Source: Lachnospiraceae bacterium
GTDB lineage: Bacteria; Bacillota; Clostridia; Lachnospirales; Lachnospiraceae
Assembly: GCA_014804245.1 (NCBI GenBank)
Contig: JAAVAE010000014.1
Coordinates: 25,117-89,116, forward strand
Direction: 5' to 3'
DNA length: 64,000 nucleotides
The notes beneath the pieces were generated by a model, which did no database searches, was not told where the DNA came from, and saw only the letters and a list, made by a program, of their open reading frames with translations. Shown here one piece after another: positions 1-9,910 of the stretch (the stretch's first letter is position 1; each line of letters starts with the position of its first letter). The translations under genes were made by a program, and so were the position numbers.

Positions 1-460
1 CCTCCGTACCGGCTGGCACATAATAAGAGCGTCCGTCTGAGTTTACAAGAACATCTGTGTCAGCATATCCGCCTTCTCCATCATCATTGTAGACCTTAAG
101 AAGCAGTGTACCGCCGCCGCGATTGATGATATCCTCACTCTTTATCCAATGGAAATGAGAAGGGAAGGTCTGTCCATCTTTTAGGTAAATCAGCTTCTCT
201 GCATAGACCTTTTTGTATTTCGGATCCTTCTGGTTCCCGTTACGGATCGTAATCAGCGCAAAGCCGACTTTGTCAAAATCTTCCAGACCGCAGTCTGTAA
301 TGTCCCAGCCCAGCATATTATCGCGAATCTCGTCGTACTCGTGATTTTTTGTCATCCATTCCTCTGGGGACCACATACAGAAAGGCGGCAGTTCAATCTT
401 ATGTTTCTTCAGCATTGCTTCCATTTCCTGGATACTCTGATTGATTTTTGAACGCTTCAT
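1..460 (-). CDS. D-lyxose/D-mannose family sugar isomerase (cupin), 3' end runs off the window
   Basis: Not in the ORF track. Hand translation from ATG 460: MKRSKINQSIQEMEAMLKKHKIELPPFCMWSPEEW...LGWDITD...YAEKL...PSHFHWIKSEDIINRGGG, the motif set of this family. AAGGAGG RBS upstream. Confidence 0.85.
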   Translation of the reverse strand, partial: MKRSKINQSIQEMEAMLKKHKIELPPFCMWSPEEWMTKNHEYDEIRDNMLGWDITDCGLEDFDKVGFALITIRNGNQKDPKYKKVYAEKLIYLKDGQTFPSHFHWIKSEDIINRGGGTLLLKVYNDDGEGGYADTDVLVNSDGRSYYVPAGTE

Positions 461-474
461 AGTATTTTTCCTCC

Positions 475-1488
475 TTATAGTTTGTCAATAAAATTCATTT
501 TTACTTTGTAAATCTTGCTCTCGCCCGGTTCCAGAATGGGGGCAGGACAACCTTCTTGATCTACCTTTGGACCATCTAAGAACGTATTCATTGGTTCCAT
601 GCCCATGACATACTCGCCCTTACCAAGCATCTTCCACTGGCAGAAGTAGGGAAGATCATTTCCGTCATACTGGATGTTCACGCCAATACTGCGCTTCTCA
701 TTAAAAACTGTATATTGGGCCATTCCGTTTTTATCCTTTTGAATCTTATGGAAATAGCAGCGCTCCGGATAGGGATATTGCGGTGCTTCTACCTGTCGCC
801 AAGTATCTGCATATTTTGCCGCATGTGCCTCACGGGGGACAGTCTCCAGGCTGTCAAAGATTAACTTTGTGCCTTCTTCCAGAAGAGGATATCCATAGTT
901 CAAATGCAGAGCATAGACAAACTGTCTGTTTCCAAAACCATGGTTCGTAATGGTATCGGTCATAAGAATACTATCATTCTCGTATTCAAACTCCAACTTC
1001 CGGTGCAGGGTCAGATTCTCTCCAAAAATACGTGCCTCGCGCATAGTCCCTTCCAGTGTAATTGTAGGATTTTCACCGTTTACGCCTCGCGCATATTTCA
1101 CATTCTCTGCAGGCGCATTGGCAATTCTGCCATGAAGGCCAAGTTCTTCTCCATCCTTTTCTGTAGGAATACCCAAATTCTGCAGACCGCAGGTCGTCAG
1201 CATACCCACGAAAAAGTTACGCAGCCAACGAAAACCTTGGGCGTCGTAATACTCCGGTGCGACAATGCCGCAGGGAGCGATATAGTTCATGTTCTTTCCC
1301 TTGTAACGTACTTGATACAAATCCATACAGCGTCCAGGAAGTACGGTCACCGACAAATTTCCGCCGTTTGCCACCTCTATCACCTGAACACCTTTCTGAA
1401 ATCCGCCCGTTAAAACAGCTTCGTGCAAGGACATTAACTGATCGGAATCCCCAACGTATTCCAGTCTTTCCTGATAAGTCTTGCTCAT
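475..1488 (-). CDS. Aldose 1-epimerase family protein (DUF4432 type)
   Basis: LPGRCMD, GMLTTCGL, LGLHGRI, LHLNYGYP and YVMGMEP motifs. Start moved to ATG 1488 after a GGAGGTG RBS. Confidence 0.8.
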   Translation of the reverse strand: MSKTYQERLEYVGDSDQLMSLHEAVLTGGFQKGVQVIEVANGGNLSVTVLPGRCMDLYQVRYKGKNMNYIAPCGIVAPEYYDAQGFRWLRNFFVGMLTTCGLQNLGIPTEKDGEELGLHGRIANAPAENVKYARGVNGENPTITLEGTMREARIFGENLTLHRKLEFEYENDSILMTDTITNHGFGNRQFVYALHLNYGYPLLEEGTKLIFDSLETVPREAHAAKYADTWRQVEAPQYPYPERCYFHKIQKDKNGMAQYTVFNEKRSIGVNIQYDGNDLPYFCQWKMLGKGEYVMGMEPMNTFLDGPKVDQEGCPAPILEPGESKIYKVKMNFIDKL

Positions 1489-1575
1489 AGTTCTCACCTC
1501 CTTTTATTTTTTTATTCATTTCTCCTTAAAGGCATTTGAATGTGTATTTTATCCGCCTCTTGAGAAATTGCCCAC

Positions 1576-1604
1576 ATAGTATCATCTTGTTACTTCCTTG
1601 TCAA
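1576..1604 (-). promoter_or_regulatory. Sigma-A promoter of the epimerase/isomerase operon
   Basis: TTGACA-17 bp-TACTAT with extended -10 TG on the minus strand. Confidence 0.65.
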
Positions 1605-1719
1605 GCAGTCAAATGCTTTCATCACAGAATTGTTTACCTCCATTTTTTACCAAATATCATATCAAGCAGAGGATGCCACGCAAAGTAGCAGAATTGTCTC
1701 AAATGTTATTTTTATTTGC

Positions 1720-1748
1720 TTGCAATGCAAAGAGCGATTTTCTATACT
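1720..1748 (+). promoter_or_regulatory. Sigma-A promoter of the XRE-ABC operon
   Basis: TTGCAA-17 bp-TATACT, followed by an AAGGAGG RBS. Confidence 0.55.
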
Positions 1749-1778
1749 TGGCGTATCAGATTAAGGAGGTCATAAATC

Positions 1779-2681
1779 ATGACATTTGGAGAAAAATTAA
1801 AATCGATCCGCAAGCAGGCAGGTATATCCCAGGAAAAACTGGCAGAAAAAATCGGGGTATCCCGCCAGGCCATCACAAAATGGGAGACAAATGCGGGCAT
1901 TCCAGATATTGAAAACATTATGGCGATTTCAACTTTGTTCAATATTTCTATTGATGAACTTTTGTCAAATGAAAAGAACGTCAGGCAGGTTACGGATTAC
2001 CTATTTGAAAGTGTCACAGAATATGATATTGATTTTCCTAAGCGATATGATATGAAATTAGGCGGCGCCAATACGCTTGTTATGTCGGGCTATGATGGGG
2101 AAAAAATCCGCGTCCGTCTGGCATCCAATACACTTTCTACTCTTCAAAGTGATTTTAAATTGAAAATTGATGATATTAAAAATCGCATTGACCTGGATGT
2201 CACCCGGAAAAATGGGATGACGGAGGCAGCAGCCAAAGAAGCGCTCACGATATTTGTACAGCTTCCAAACAAATATGTGGGTAAAATTGAATTGGCTGTT
2301 AATGCAGAAAATATCGAGGTACGTTCTCTGGAGTGCGAAAGTATTGAATTTGATACAAAAACAAAAAATTTCACGCTGGATGAGGTTGCTGGAACAATAG
2401 AAATAAACTGTAATCTGGATATGAATATCATCTGCAAATCTCTGAACGGTTCTATAGAAATCAATCAGATTTCGGCAACTTCCAGAATCAGTCTGCCGGA
2501 AGGAACCGGCTTTACTGCTGTTGCGAAGGGAATCAAAACAAGCATTTCTTATGAGAAGGATGGCAGGAAAACAGCGTCTTTTGCGGACGAAGAATCAGAA
2601 AATTTAATTGAATTAAATGGAATAAACAGCGAACTGGTTATTTGTGAAAAAAAGGAGGATGCAAAATATGGCATTTGTTAA
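1779..2681 (+). CDS. XRE-family HTH regulator fused to a DUF4097-like beta-repeat domain
   Basis: N-terminal SQEKLAEKIGVSRQAITKWE HTH. C-terminal beta-rich repeats (GKIELAVNAENIEV, GTIEINC, GSIEINQ). No TM segment. Confidence 0.75.
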   Translation: MTFGEKLKSIRKQAGISQEKLAEKIGVSRQAITKWETNAGIPDIENIMAISTLFNISIDELLSNEKNVRQVTDYLFESVTEYDIDFPKRYDMKLGGANTLVMSGYDGEKIRVRLASNTLSTLQSDFKLKIDDIKNRIDLDVTRKNGMTEAAAKEALTIFVQLPNKYVGKIELAVNAENIEVRSLECESIEFDTKTKNFTLDEVAGTIEINCNLDMNIICKSLNGSIEINQISATSRISLPEGTGFTAVAKGIKTSISYEKDGRKTASFADEESENLIELNGINSELVICEKKEDAKYGIC

Positions 2682-3435
2682 AGAAACTGTTATTTCCGCA
2701 AAAAAGTTAAAAAAGAGTTTTATGACCAAAGACAGGTCGCAGGATATTTTTGATAATCTAGATCTGGATATTTATAAGGGAGACTTTACTGTGATTATGG
2801 GATCTTCCGGGGCAGGAAAATCAACCTTGATGTATTCTTTGTCTGGTATGGACAGACCTACTTCCGGGGAGATTGAATTTTGTGGAAAAAGGATTACGGA
2901 ACTTAACGACGATCAGCTTGCAGTGTTTCGAAGGAAAAACTGTGGTTTTGTGTTTCAGCAGATTTATCTTTTGGAAAAGATGAGTCTGATGGACAATGTG
3001 ATTACGGCAGGCGCTTTGGTGAGTTGCAATCGGAAGGAAATTGCAAAGAGGGCCTCCAAATTATTTGAACTGGTAAATATTCCGGAAATCACACAGAAGA
3101 AGTTTTCTTCCCGGATTTCGGGAGGTGAGGCACAGAGGGCAGGAATTGTAAGGGCGGTCATCAATTCTCCTGAAGTGGTATTTGCCGACGAGCCCACAGG
3201 AGCTTTAAATTCCAACAATTCGGATGCGGTTCTGGATGTATTTACAAAACTGCATTGTAACGGGCAGAGTATCATCATGGTAACGCATGATAAAAAATCC
3301 GCACTTAGGGGCAACCGCGTTATTTATCTGAAAGACGGTCAGATTTTCGGGGAATGTGATTTGGGAAATTATCATCCGGATAACGAGGAAAGAAAAGAGA
3401 AGTTGAACTGTTTCTTACAGGAAATGGGGTGGTAA
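2668..3435 (+). CDS. ABC exporter ATP-binding protein (LolD/MacB-like)
   Basis: Walker A GSSGAGKST, signature ISGGEAQR, Walker B VVFADEPTG, H-loop MVTHD. RBS AGGAGG before ATG 2668. Confidence 0.92.
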   Translation: MAFVKETVISAKKLKKSFMTKDRSQDIFDNLDLDIYKGDFTVIMGSSGAGKSTLMYSLSGMDRPTSGEIEFCGKRITELNDDQLAVFRRKNCGFVFQQIYLLEKMSLMDNVITAGALVSCNRKEIAKRASKLFELVNIPEITQKKFSSRISGGEAQRAGIVRAVINSPEVVFADEPTGALNSNNSDAVLDVFTKLHCNGQSIIMVTHDKKSALRGNRVIYLKDGQIFGECDLGNYHPDNEERKEKLNCFLQEMGW

Positions 3436-3436
3436 G

Positions 3437-5758
3437 ATGAAAAAAATAAGAGGTCTGATATTACATAATTTAATAAAAGATAAGGGACAGTATGCGTCCT
3501 TTGGAATCATCCTCCTGATTACTGCTTTTATCTTAAATCTGGCGTTGGTTCTAACGTTTCAGGTTGATAAAGCATATGACAAAAAGTTAAACGATTTAGA
3601 TACTGCAAATATCAATTTCTGCATTCCCCAAATGCAGGATAAGGATGTGCTCTCGGAGGAATGCCTGAAGCTTACCGGAGTGAAGGATGTGGAGAGACGA
3701 GAAGGGATTTTTGTTTCCGCTGTGATGAAAGAATTCCGGGGTGTGGACTTTACCATGAACACGGTATTTTACAATTTGGATGAAGCACGCCGGCTCAATC
3801 AATTTAAACTGCTCAAGGAGAGCGGGAAGGAATTTGATGCACCCGTTTATGTTCCGCTTTTTGTAGCGGAATTTGGGGAATTCCAGCTGGGAGATGACAT
3901 CATTTATGAAATTGATGGGGAAGAGTATCTTTTTCAGATCGCAGGGATTCTGGAAGAAATGCAGTATGGGAACGCAGGAAGCGGATTGCTTTTAGCATAT
4001 CTTCCGGAAGAGACTTATCGGGAACTAGAGAAGGAAAGGGAAGTAAATCGGATTGCAGAGTATTCTCTTATGACAGATGGGAATGTTCAGGACATAAAAA
4101 ATGAAATCAGTACCATGCTTTCCGAAGAAAACATTCATCTGTTGTCTATACTGGATCGTGATTCGGCAAAGCAGGTAAGGACGATGGTGTGTAATCTGAC
4201 TATCCTGATTTTAGTTGTTTTTTCTTTTATCATTCTGCTGGTAAGTATGTTTCTGTGTAAATTTCGTATACAGAACGGCATTGAGGAAGAAATTACCAAT
4301 ATGGGTGTATTAAAAGCCCTTGGCTATACGGGATCAATGATTATTTTTGCCACCATACTGCCATATATGCTGGTGGGCGTTTTGACGGCCTTTGCGGGGG
4401 CGTGCCTTTCCTATCTTCTTCTGCCTGTTCTATCAGAAAGCCTTGCAATGCAGTCAGGATTTTCCTTTGCCCTGCATTTTGACGCGGCGGCGCTTTTCCT
4501 AACGGTTTTATTACTTGGCGGAATTACATTGTTTTTTACTTATTTTGCAGCAAAGCGGATTAAGAAACTTGTACCCATTGATGCGATTAGAGGAAATAGT
4601 CCAGATAAGGGAAGCAAAAGAAATTATTTTCCTTTAGATAAAACAGCAGGCAGTCTTCAGATTAACTTGATTTTAAAGCAGACGGCAGCCTCGGCAAAGC
4701 AAAATGTCTTACTTTTTATAGTATCCTTTTTGATGATGATGCTGGTAGCTTTTGCGGGGACACTATTTTATAATGTGGTAATCTGCCCGGAGAATTTTAG
4801 CAGCACGCTGTCAGAAGAGATGCCGGGGATTATCTTAACGACAAAGCCAGAAACCTTAGAATATGTGAAAAATGAACTGAAAGATAAAACACAGATAGAA
4901 AAGGTGCTGGAATATACAGCGGGAAATGTAAAAACAAAAGCCGGCAGCGCCACAGCATTTTTATCTGAGGATTTCTCACTTGTTTCCAATGATTTGTGCT
5001 ATGAGGGAAGAAATCCCGAAAAAGACAATGAAATTGCTGTGGGGAGTGCATATGCAGAGGATTATTCTATTGGAGATAAGATAGAAATCCAGTGCGGGGA
5101 CAATACTTATACCTATGATATTGTTGGGTATGTGCAGAGCGTCAATTATCAGGGAGAAGTGATAGAACTTACCAAGGAAGGATATCTGCATTTAGACAGT
5201 AATTTTAATAGCCAGTCTCTGTATCTTTATTTGGCGGATGGAGTAGATGCGGAAGCTTTTTTGAGAGAAATAGAGGAAGAATATGACACTGACATCATTG
5301 CTTCCGTGAATTACGATAAAATGATGGAATCCTCACAGGGCATGTATCAGGGAATAGTGAAGGGAATCATTGCGGCGATTTTCTTAGTGACGGTGCTGAT
5401 TGTTTTTCTGATTCTTTCAATTATAATTAAGTCATTGATTGTAAGAAGGAAGCAGGAATTTGGAATCTATAAGGCAATGGGATATTCCAATATTCAGCTG
5501 ATCATACAGATAGCAGGGAGTTTTCTTCCTGTATCTATCGCTGCTGTACTGACCTCGGCTATATTGGGAATCTGGTATATGCCTGTGGTAAATAAAGTGC
5601 TTTTCCAGATGATTGGTGCTATGAAAAATAACCTGCAGGTTTCACTGACGGTTCTGTTGCTGTTCGCAGCGGCGCAGATAGCGGCGGATTTCATTATAAG
5701 CGTGTGTCTGGCACTGCCGATTAAGAAGATATCGGCTTATTCTTTGATAAAAGAATAA
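3437..5758 (+). CDS. FtsX/MacB-family ABC permease (duplicated)
   Basis: Two repeats of TM-extracellular domain-3 TM, with GVLKALGY and GIYKAMGY motifs. Confidence 0.88.
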   Translation: MKKIRGLILHNLIKDKGQYASFGIILLITAFILNLALVLTFQVDKAYDKKLNDLDTANINFCIPQMQDKDVLSEECLKLTGVKDVERREGIFVSAVMKEFRGVDFTMNTVFYNLDEARRLNQFKLLKESGKEFDAPVYVPLFVAEFGEFQLGDDIIYEIDGEEYLFQIAGILEEMQYGNAGSGLLLAYLPEETYRELEKEREVNRIAEYSLMTDGNVQDIKNEISTMLSEENIHLLSILDRDSAKQVRTMVCNLTILILVVFSFIILLVSMFLCKFRIQNGIEEEITNMGVLKALGYTGSMIIFATILPYMLVGVLTAFAGACLSYLLLPVLSESLAMQSGFSFALHFDAAALFLTVLLLGGITLFFTYFAAKRIKKLVPIDAIRGNSPDKGSKRNYFPLDKTAGSLQINLILKQTAASAKQNVLLFIVSFLMMMLVAFAGTLFYNVVICPENFSSTLSEEMPGIILTTKPETLEYVKNELKDKTQIEKVLEYTAGNVKTKAGSATAFLSEDFSLVSNDLCYEGRNPEKDNEIAVGSAYAEDYSIGDKIEIQCGDNTYTYDIVGYVQSVNYQGEVIELTKEGYLHLDSNFNSQSLYLYLADGVDAEAFLREIEEEYDTDIIASVNYDKMMESSQGMYQGIVKGIIAAIFLVTVLIVFLILSIIIKSLIVRRKQEFGIYKAMGYSNIQLIIQIAGSFLPVSIAAVLTSAILGIWYMPVVNKVLFQMIGAMKNNLQVSLTVLLLFAAAQIAADFIISVCLALPIKKISAYSLIKE

Positions 5759-5872
5759 TGTATAAATGGTTTCGGACGAGAAGGAGTGTTTTGGAAGGAA
5801 TCGTTGTGTTATAAATATACATATGTTATAATTGAAATGAACAGATGTTATATATTATAGTGGGAGGTTGCT

Positions 5873-6721
5873 GTGAAAAACTCCGAAATAATAAAGGAAA
5901 TACGTTCATGCTTAAAGCTAAGCCAGAGTGAATTGGCGGGAAAACTGGGTGTTAGTTTTGCTACTGTAAACCGCTGGGAGAAAGGTCACTGTGAGCCATC
6001 GAGAATTGCTATTAATGCAATTAAGAACTTATGTGCCAGTAGTAACATTGATTTCTCCCGGTTTGAAGGAAATCATATTATTAGTACCAATGATATTGTA
6101 ACTCTTTATCATGGTTCGAAATCAGGCATTAGTGGTGCTATTGCACCTGTAAGCCGTGAATATTGTGATTTTGGAAAAGGTTTTTATATGGGTACAGACC
6201 GCATGCAGCCGCTTACTTTGATTTGCAATTATCCAAAAGCCAAAATCTATACATTACAGGTTGATCTGTCCAATCTTAAAATTTTTGATGTGGAAGTAGG
6301 ATTAGATTGGGCATTGCTAATTGCATTTAATCGCGGCAAAATGGAAACTGTAAAAAATACGCAAATCTATAATAGGATTACAGATTTAAGTAAAGGCTGT
6401 GACATGATTATCGGTTATATTGCAAATGATAGAATGTTTGTCGTTCTTGATCGCTTCTTTAATGGAGAGATTACGGATACTGCACTGATTCATAGTCTTT
6501 CTGCACTAAAGCTTGGCAAGCAATATGTGGCCTTAACAGAAAGGGCATGTAAAAAAATAAGTGTTCTTGATGAACAGGAGCTTTCAGAGGAGGATCGGAT
6601 TGGTTTAAAGCGGGAAAGCGAAGTAAATCGCTCTAAAGGTATTGCAATGGCAGATGAAATTTGTCGGAAATATCGCCGTGAGGGGCAGTTCTTTGATGAA
6701 ATATTAAAGGCAGGTGAATGA
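5873..6721 (+). CDS. XRE HTH-DUF3990 fusion protein (ADP-ribosyltransferase-like fold)
   Basis: N-terminal HTH SQSELAGKLGVSFATVNRWE, then LYHGS...DFGKGFY...DMIIGYIAND...QY as in DUF3990. GGGAGG RBS and GTG start. Confidence 0.75.
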   Translation: MKNSEIIKEIRSCLKLSQSELAGKLGVSFATVNRWEKGHCEPSRIAINAIKNLCASSNIDFSRFEGNHIISTNDIVTLYHGSKSGISGAIAPVSREYCDFGKGFYMGTDRMQPLTLICNYPKAKIYTLQVDLSNLKIFDVEVGLDWALLIAFNRGKMETVKNTQIYNRITDLSKGCDMIIGYIANDRMFVVLDRFFNGEITDTALIHSLSALKLGKQYVALTERACKKISVLDEQELSEEDRIGLKRESEVNRSKGIAMADEICRKYRREGQFFDEILKAGE

Positions 6722-6722
6722 T

Positions 6723-7151
6723 ATGGCAAATCTTGATTCTCAAAAGCGTCAACTCTGTGATATACAAGGTCGATTATTTGAGCTTGCACGAAAGAAAGGG
6801 TATGATTGCCCGGTATTTATAAAGGATTTTATGAATAGCCATGTGGCTGCATCTCTGGATGATATTTATGATCGCCTGCAATGGGCTGGCGAAGAGTATA
6901 TTCTGGAAGAATTGGATGAAGAAGTAAATGGTCTTAAAAAGGCTGGCATAGTTTATCATGCAGAGGTGATGTACTGGGCGGGGTATATCTATCGTTACTG
7001 GCATTATTATACCAATGAAAACAGTTGGGAGATATATAAAATTGCCGGGGCCGAAACAATGAACGAATGCTGGCTGGGGTTTCATACACTTGACATTGAG
7101 ATGGCAATTGATGATTTGAAGGAGATTTACAGGCAAAAGATTGAAAAATAG
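6723..7151 (+). CDS. Conserved acidic helical protein, putative antitoxin partner of DUF3990
   Basis: Starts 1 nt after the upstream stop. Motifs LCDIQGRLFE, FMNS, YWAGYIYRYW and FHTLD resemble proteins I recall beside DUF3990 genes. Confidence 0.6.
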   Translation: MANLDSQKRQLCDIQGRLFELARKKGYDCPVFIKDFMNSHVAASLDDIYDRLQWAGEEYILEELDEEVNGLKKAGIVYHAEVMYWAGYIYRYWHYYTNENSWEIYKIAGAETMNECWLGFHTLDIEMAIDDLKEIYRQKIEK

Positions 7152-7242
7152 TTGATTAAATCCAAGCAGCACCATTTATTTTTGTAAACAGGCAAGAAGA
7201 GCTTGACTTTTTGGAAGATAAGGAAATTTACAGGTAAAATAC

Positions 7243-7273
7243 AGGGCTCTGGGAATTATTCTCAGAGCCCTTT
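7243..7273. terminator. Hairpin terminator between convergent DUF3990 module and trp operon
   Basis: AGGGCTCTGGGAA-tta-TTCTCAGAGCCCT. Confidence 0.7.
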
Positions 7274-7300
7274 GGTATGTTACAAATGCATTCTATAAGG

Positions 7301-8080
7301 TCATATGGCATCTTTCATTTTTCTTACATATTCTCCAACCGGTCCGGCTGCATCTTTTCCATATTGAGCCACCAGTTTAATGATAGCAGATCCCACGATT
7401 GCACCGTCGGATATTCCTGCCATCTTAGCCGCCTGTTCGGGAGTAGAGATTCCAAAGCCTACGGCGCAGGGGACGGAAGCATTTTCCCTTACCAATTTTA
7501 CGAGGGAAGCGATATCAGTTTTGATCTCGCTGCGCACACCGGTGACGCCTAAGCTGGAAACGATGTAAATAAAGCCTTTTGCCTCTTTTGCAATCATTGC
7601 CACCCGGTTTTCGGAGGTGGGGGCAATCAATGAAATAAGGTCTATATCATATTTTCTGCAGATTTCGTCAAATTCTCCTTTTTCCTCAAAGGGAAGATCG
7701 GGGAGAATTAGCCCGTCGATGCCGATTTCCCGGCAGGTGCGGATGAACTTTTCCGCATCATAAGAAAATACCACGTTGGCATAGGTCATGAATACCATGG
7801 GAAGGCTTACGGGATGGGCAGAGTCTGTTCGCAGTTCTCTGACCATATCAAAAATCTGATCGGTAGTCACGCCATTTTTTAATGCCCGCAGGTTGGCTCC
7901 TTGAATCACAGGACCTTCTGCAGTGGGGTCGGAAAAAGGAATGCCAAGTTCAATCAAATCAGCACCGTTTGCAGCCATACTGCGTACGATTTCCTTGGTG
8001 GTTTCAAGATCCGGATCACCGCAGGTGATAAATGGGATAAAGGCTTTGCCCTTGGCAAAAGCATCAGCAATTTTACTCAT
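7301..8080 (-). CDS. trpA: Tryptophan synthase alpha chain
   Basis: [48 protein letters not shown]. True start MSKIAD overlaps the trpB end. Confidence 0.97.
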   Translation of the reverse strand: MSKIADAFAKGKAFIPFITCGDPDLETTKEIVRSMAANGADLIELGIPFSDPTAEGPVIQGANLRALKNGVTTDQIFDMVRELRTDSAHPVSLPMVFMTYANVVFSYDAEKFIRTCREIGIDGLILPDLPFEEKGEFDEICRKYDIDLISLIAPTSENRVAMIAKEAKGFIYIVSSLGVTGVRSEIKTDIASLVKLVRENASVPCAVGFGISTPEQAAKMAGISDGAIVGSAIIKLVAQYGKDAAGPVGEYVRKMKDAI

Positions 8081-9263
8081 GGATATCCTCCCCTCTGTAA
8101 CGCGCAATGGCAGCGCAGTCTTTGTCGCCGCGTCCTGAAATAGTGATGACGATGATCTTGTCTTTATCATACTTTGGAGCAATTTTTATTGCGTGGGCAA
8201 CGGCATGAGCACTTTCTATGGCGGGAATGATGCCTTCTGTGCGGGAAAGATATTCAAAGGCGTTTACCGCTTCTTCGTCTGTGACAGGAACATAGCTTGC
8301 CCTTCCCTGATCGTGGAGCCATGCATGCTCAGGACCGATGCCGGGATAATCCAGTCCTGCGGAGATGGAATAAACGGGAGCAATCTGCCCATATTTATCC
8401 TGACAGAAGTAGGATTTCATTCCGTGGAAAATACCAAGCCTTCCGGTGTTAATGGTAGCGGCTGTCTCGAAGGTATCAATTCCCCGTCCCGCAGCTTCAC
8501 AGCCAATCAGTTCTACATCTTTATCCTCAATAAAATGGTAAAAGGTTCCCATGGCATTGCTGCCGCCGCCTACGCATGCCATGACTACATCCGGAAGGCG
8601 TCCTTCCTTTTCCAGAATCTGCTGCTTGATCTCCCGTGAAATGACAGCCTGGAAATCTCTCACAATGGTGGGGAAAGGATGGGGTCCCATAACTGATCCG
8701 AGGCAGTAATGGGTGTCGTCAATCCGGCTGGTCCATTCACGCATGGCTTCGGAAACGGCGTCCTTTAAAGTTGCTGTTCCGGTCTTTACAGGAATGACTT
8801 CCGAACCTAAAAGACGCATCCGGTATACATTAAGTGCCTGCCGCTTCGTATCTTCCTCACCCATAAAGACCACGCACTCCATGCCAAGGAGTGCAGCGGC
8901 AGTAGCGGTGGCAACGCCGTGCTGACCGGCGCCGGTTTCGGCAATCAGTCTGGTTTTGCCCATCTTCTTTGCAAGGAGCGCCTGTCCTAAGACATTGTTG
9001 ATCTTGTGGGAACCGGTATGGTTTAAATCCTCTCTCTTTAAATAGATTTTTGCACCGCCTAAATCTTTCGTCAGTTTTTCTGCGTAGTACAGACGGCTGG
9101 GACGTCCTGCATATTCATTGAAAAGAGCGGTGAGCTCCTTGTTGAATTCCGGATCATTCTTATAATGATTGTATGCTTCCTCCAGTTCAATGACGGCATT
9201 CATGAGGGTTTCAGGAATGTATTGTCCGCCGTGAACTCCGAAGCGTCCTTTTGAATCTGACAT
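8073..9263 (-). CDS. trpB: Tryptophan synthase beta chain
   Basis: [15 protein letters not shown] (PLP lysine), [30 protein letters not shown]. Confidence 0.98.
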   Translation of the reverse strand: MSDSKGRFGVHGGQYIPETLMNAVIELEEAYNHYKNDPEFNKELTALFNEYAGRPSRLYYAEKLTKDLGGAKIYLKREDLNHTGSHKINNVLGQALLAKKMGKTRLIAETGAGQHGVATATAAALLGMECVVFMGEEDTKRQALNVYRMRLLGSEVIPVKTGTATLKDAVSEAMREWTSRIDDTHYCLGSVMGPHPFPTIVRDFQAVISREIKQQILEKEGRLPDVVMACVGGGSNAMGTFYHFIEDKDVELIGCEAAGRGIDTFETAATINTGRLGIFHGMKSYFCQDKYGQIAPVYSISAGLDYPGIGPEHAWLHDQGRASYVPVTDEEAVNAFEYLSRTEGIIPAIESAHAVAHAIKIAPKYDKDKIIVITISGRGDKDCAAIARYRGEDIHE

Positions 9264-9307
9264 GTTTTCCTCCTATTGATTCCTAAAATAATGTTGAAAA
9301 ATAGTTT

Positions 9308-9910
9308 CTAGCCTTCCTTTCGGACCGCATTGATAAATGCTTTTATTTTGGCATAATCTTTGCACCCATCTGTCTCTACCCCGGAACTGGTGTCCACTCC
9401 GTAAGGATGGGTCAGGGATATGGCGTCTTTTACATTCTGGGGCGTCAGCCCGCCTGCCAGGAAAAAGGGTCTGCGGATATCCTGTATCAGTGACCAGTCG
9501 AAGGTCTCTCCTGTTCCAAGCCCGTTGTCCAAAAGCAGATAATCACAAGGATAGGCGAGAGCTTTTTCTATGTCTTCTCTGGTCTTAATGATAAAGGCTT
9601 TGATAATGGGTTTATCGCACAGGCACTTTAGCCTTTGCGCATAATCGGCATCCTCCTGTCCGTGGAGCTGTGCTGCCTGTATGGTTCCATTCTGTAAAAG
9701 AGCGGCTACGTTTTCAAGGGGCTCATTTACAAAGACGCCCACACTTTGAATGGCAGGACCCAGAAGGCTTTTCAAATGAGCAGCCCTTTCGGGAGAGACG
9801 TAACGCGCCCTCCCTTGCAGAAAAACAAATCCGATATAGTCAGGTCTTAATTCATTGACATAGGAAATGTCGTCTTCTGACTTCAGACCGCATATTTTTA
9901 TCTTTGTCAT
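9308..9910 (-). CDS. trpF: Phosphoribosylanthranilate isomerase
   Basis: KIKICGL, QLHG, GTGETFDW, FLAGGL, VDTSSGVE. Confidence 0.96.
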   Translation of the reverse strand: MTKIKICGLKSEDDISYVNELRPDYIGFVFLQGRARYVSPERAAHLKSLLGPAIQSVGVFVNEPLENVAALLQNGTIQAAQLHGQEDADYAQRLKCLCDKPIIKAFIIKTREDIEKALAYPCDYLLLDNGLGTGETFDWSLIQDIRRPFFLAGGLTPQNVKDAISLTHPYGVDTSSGVETDGCKDYAKIKAFINAVRKEG

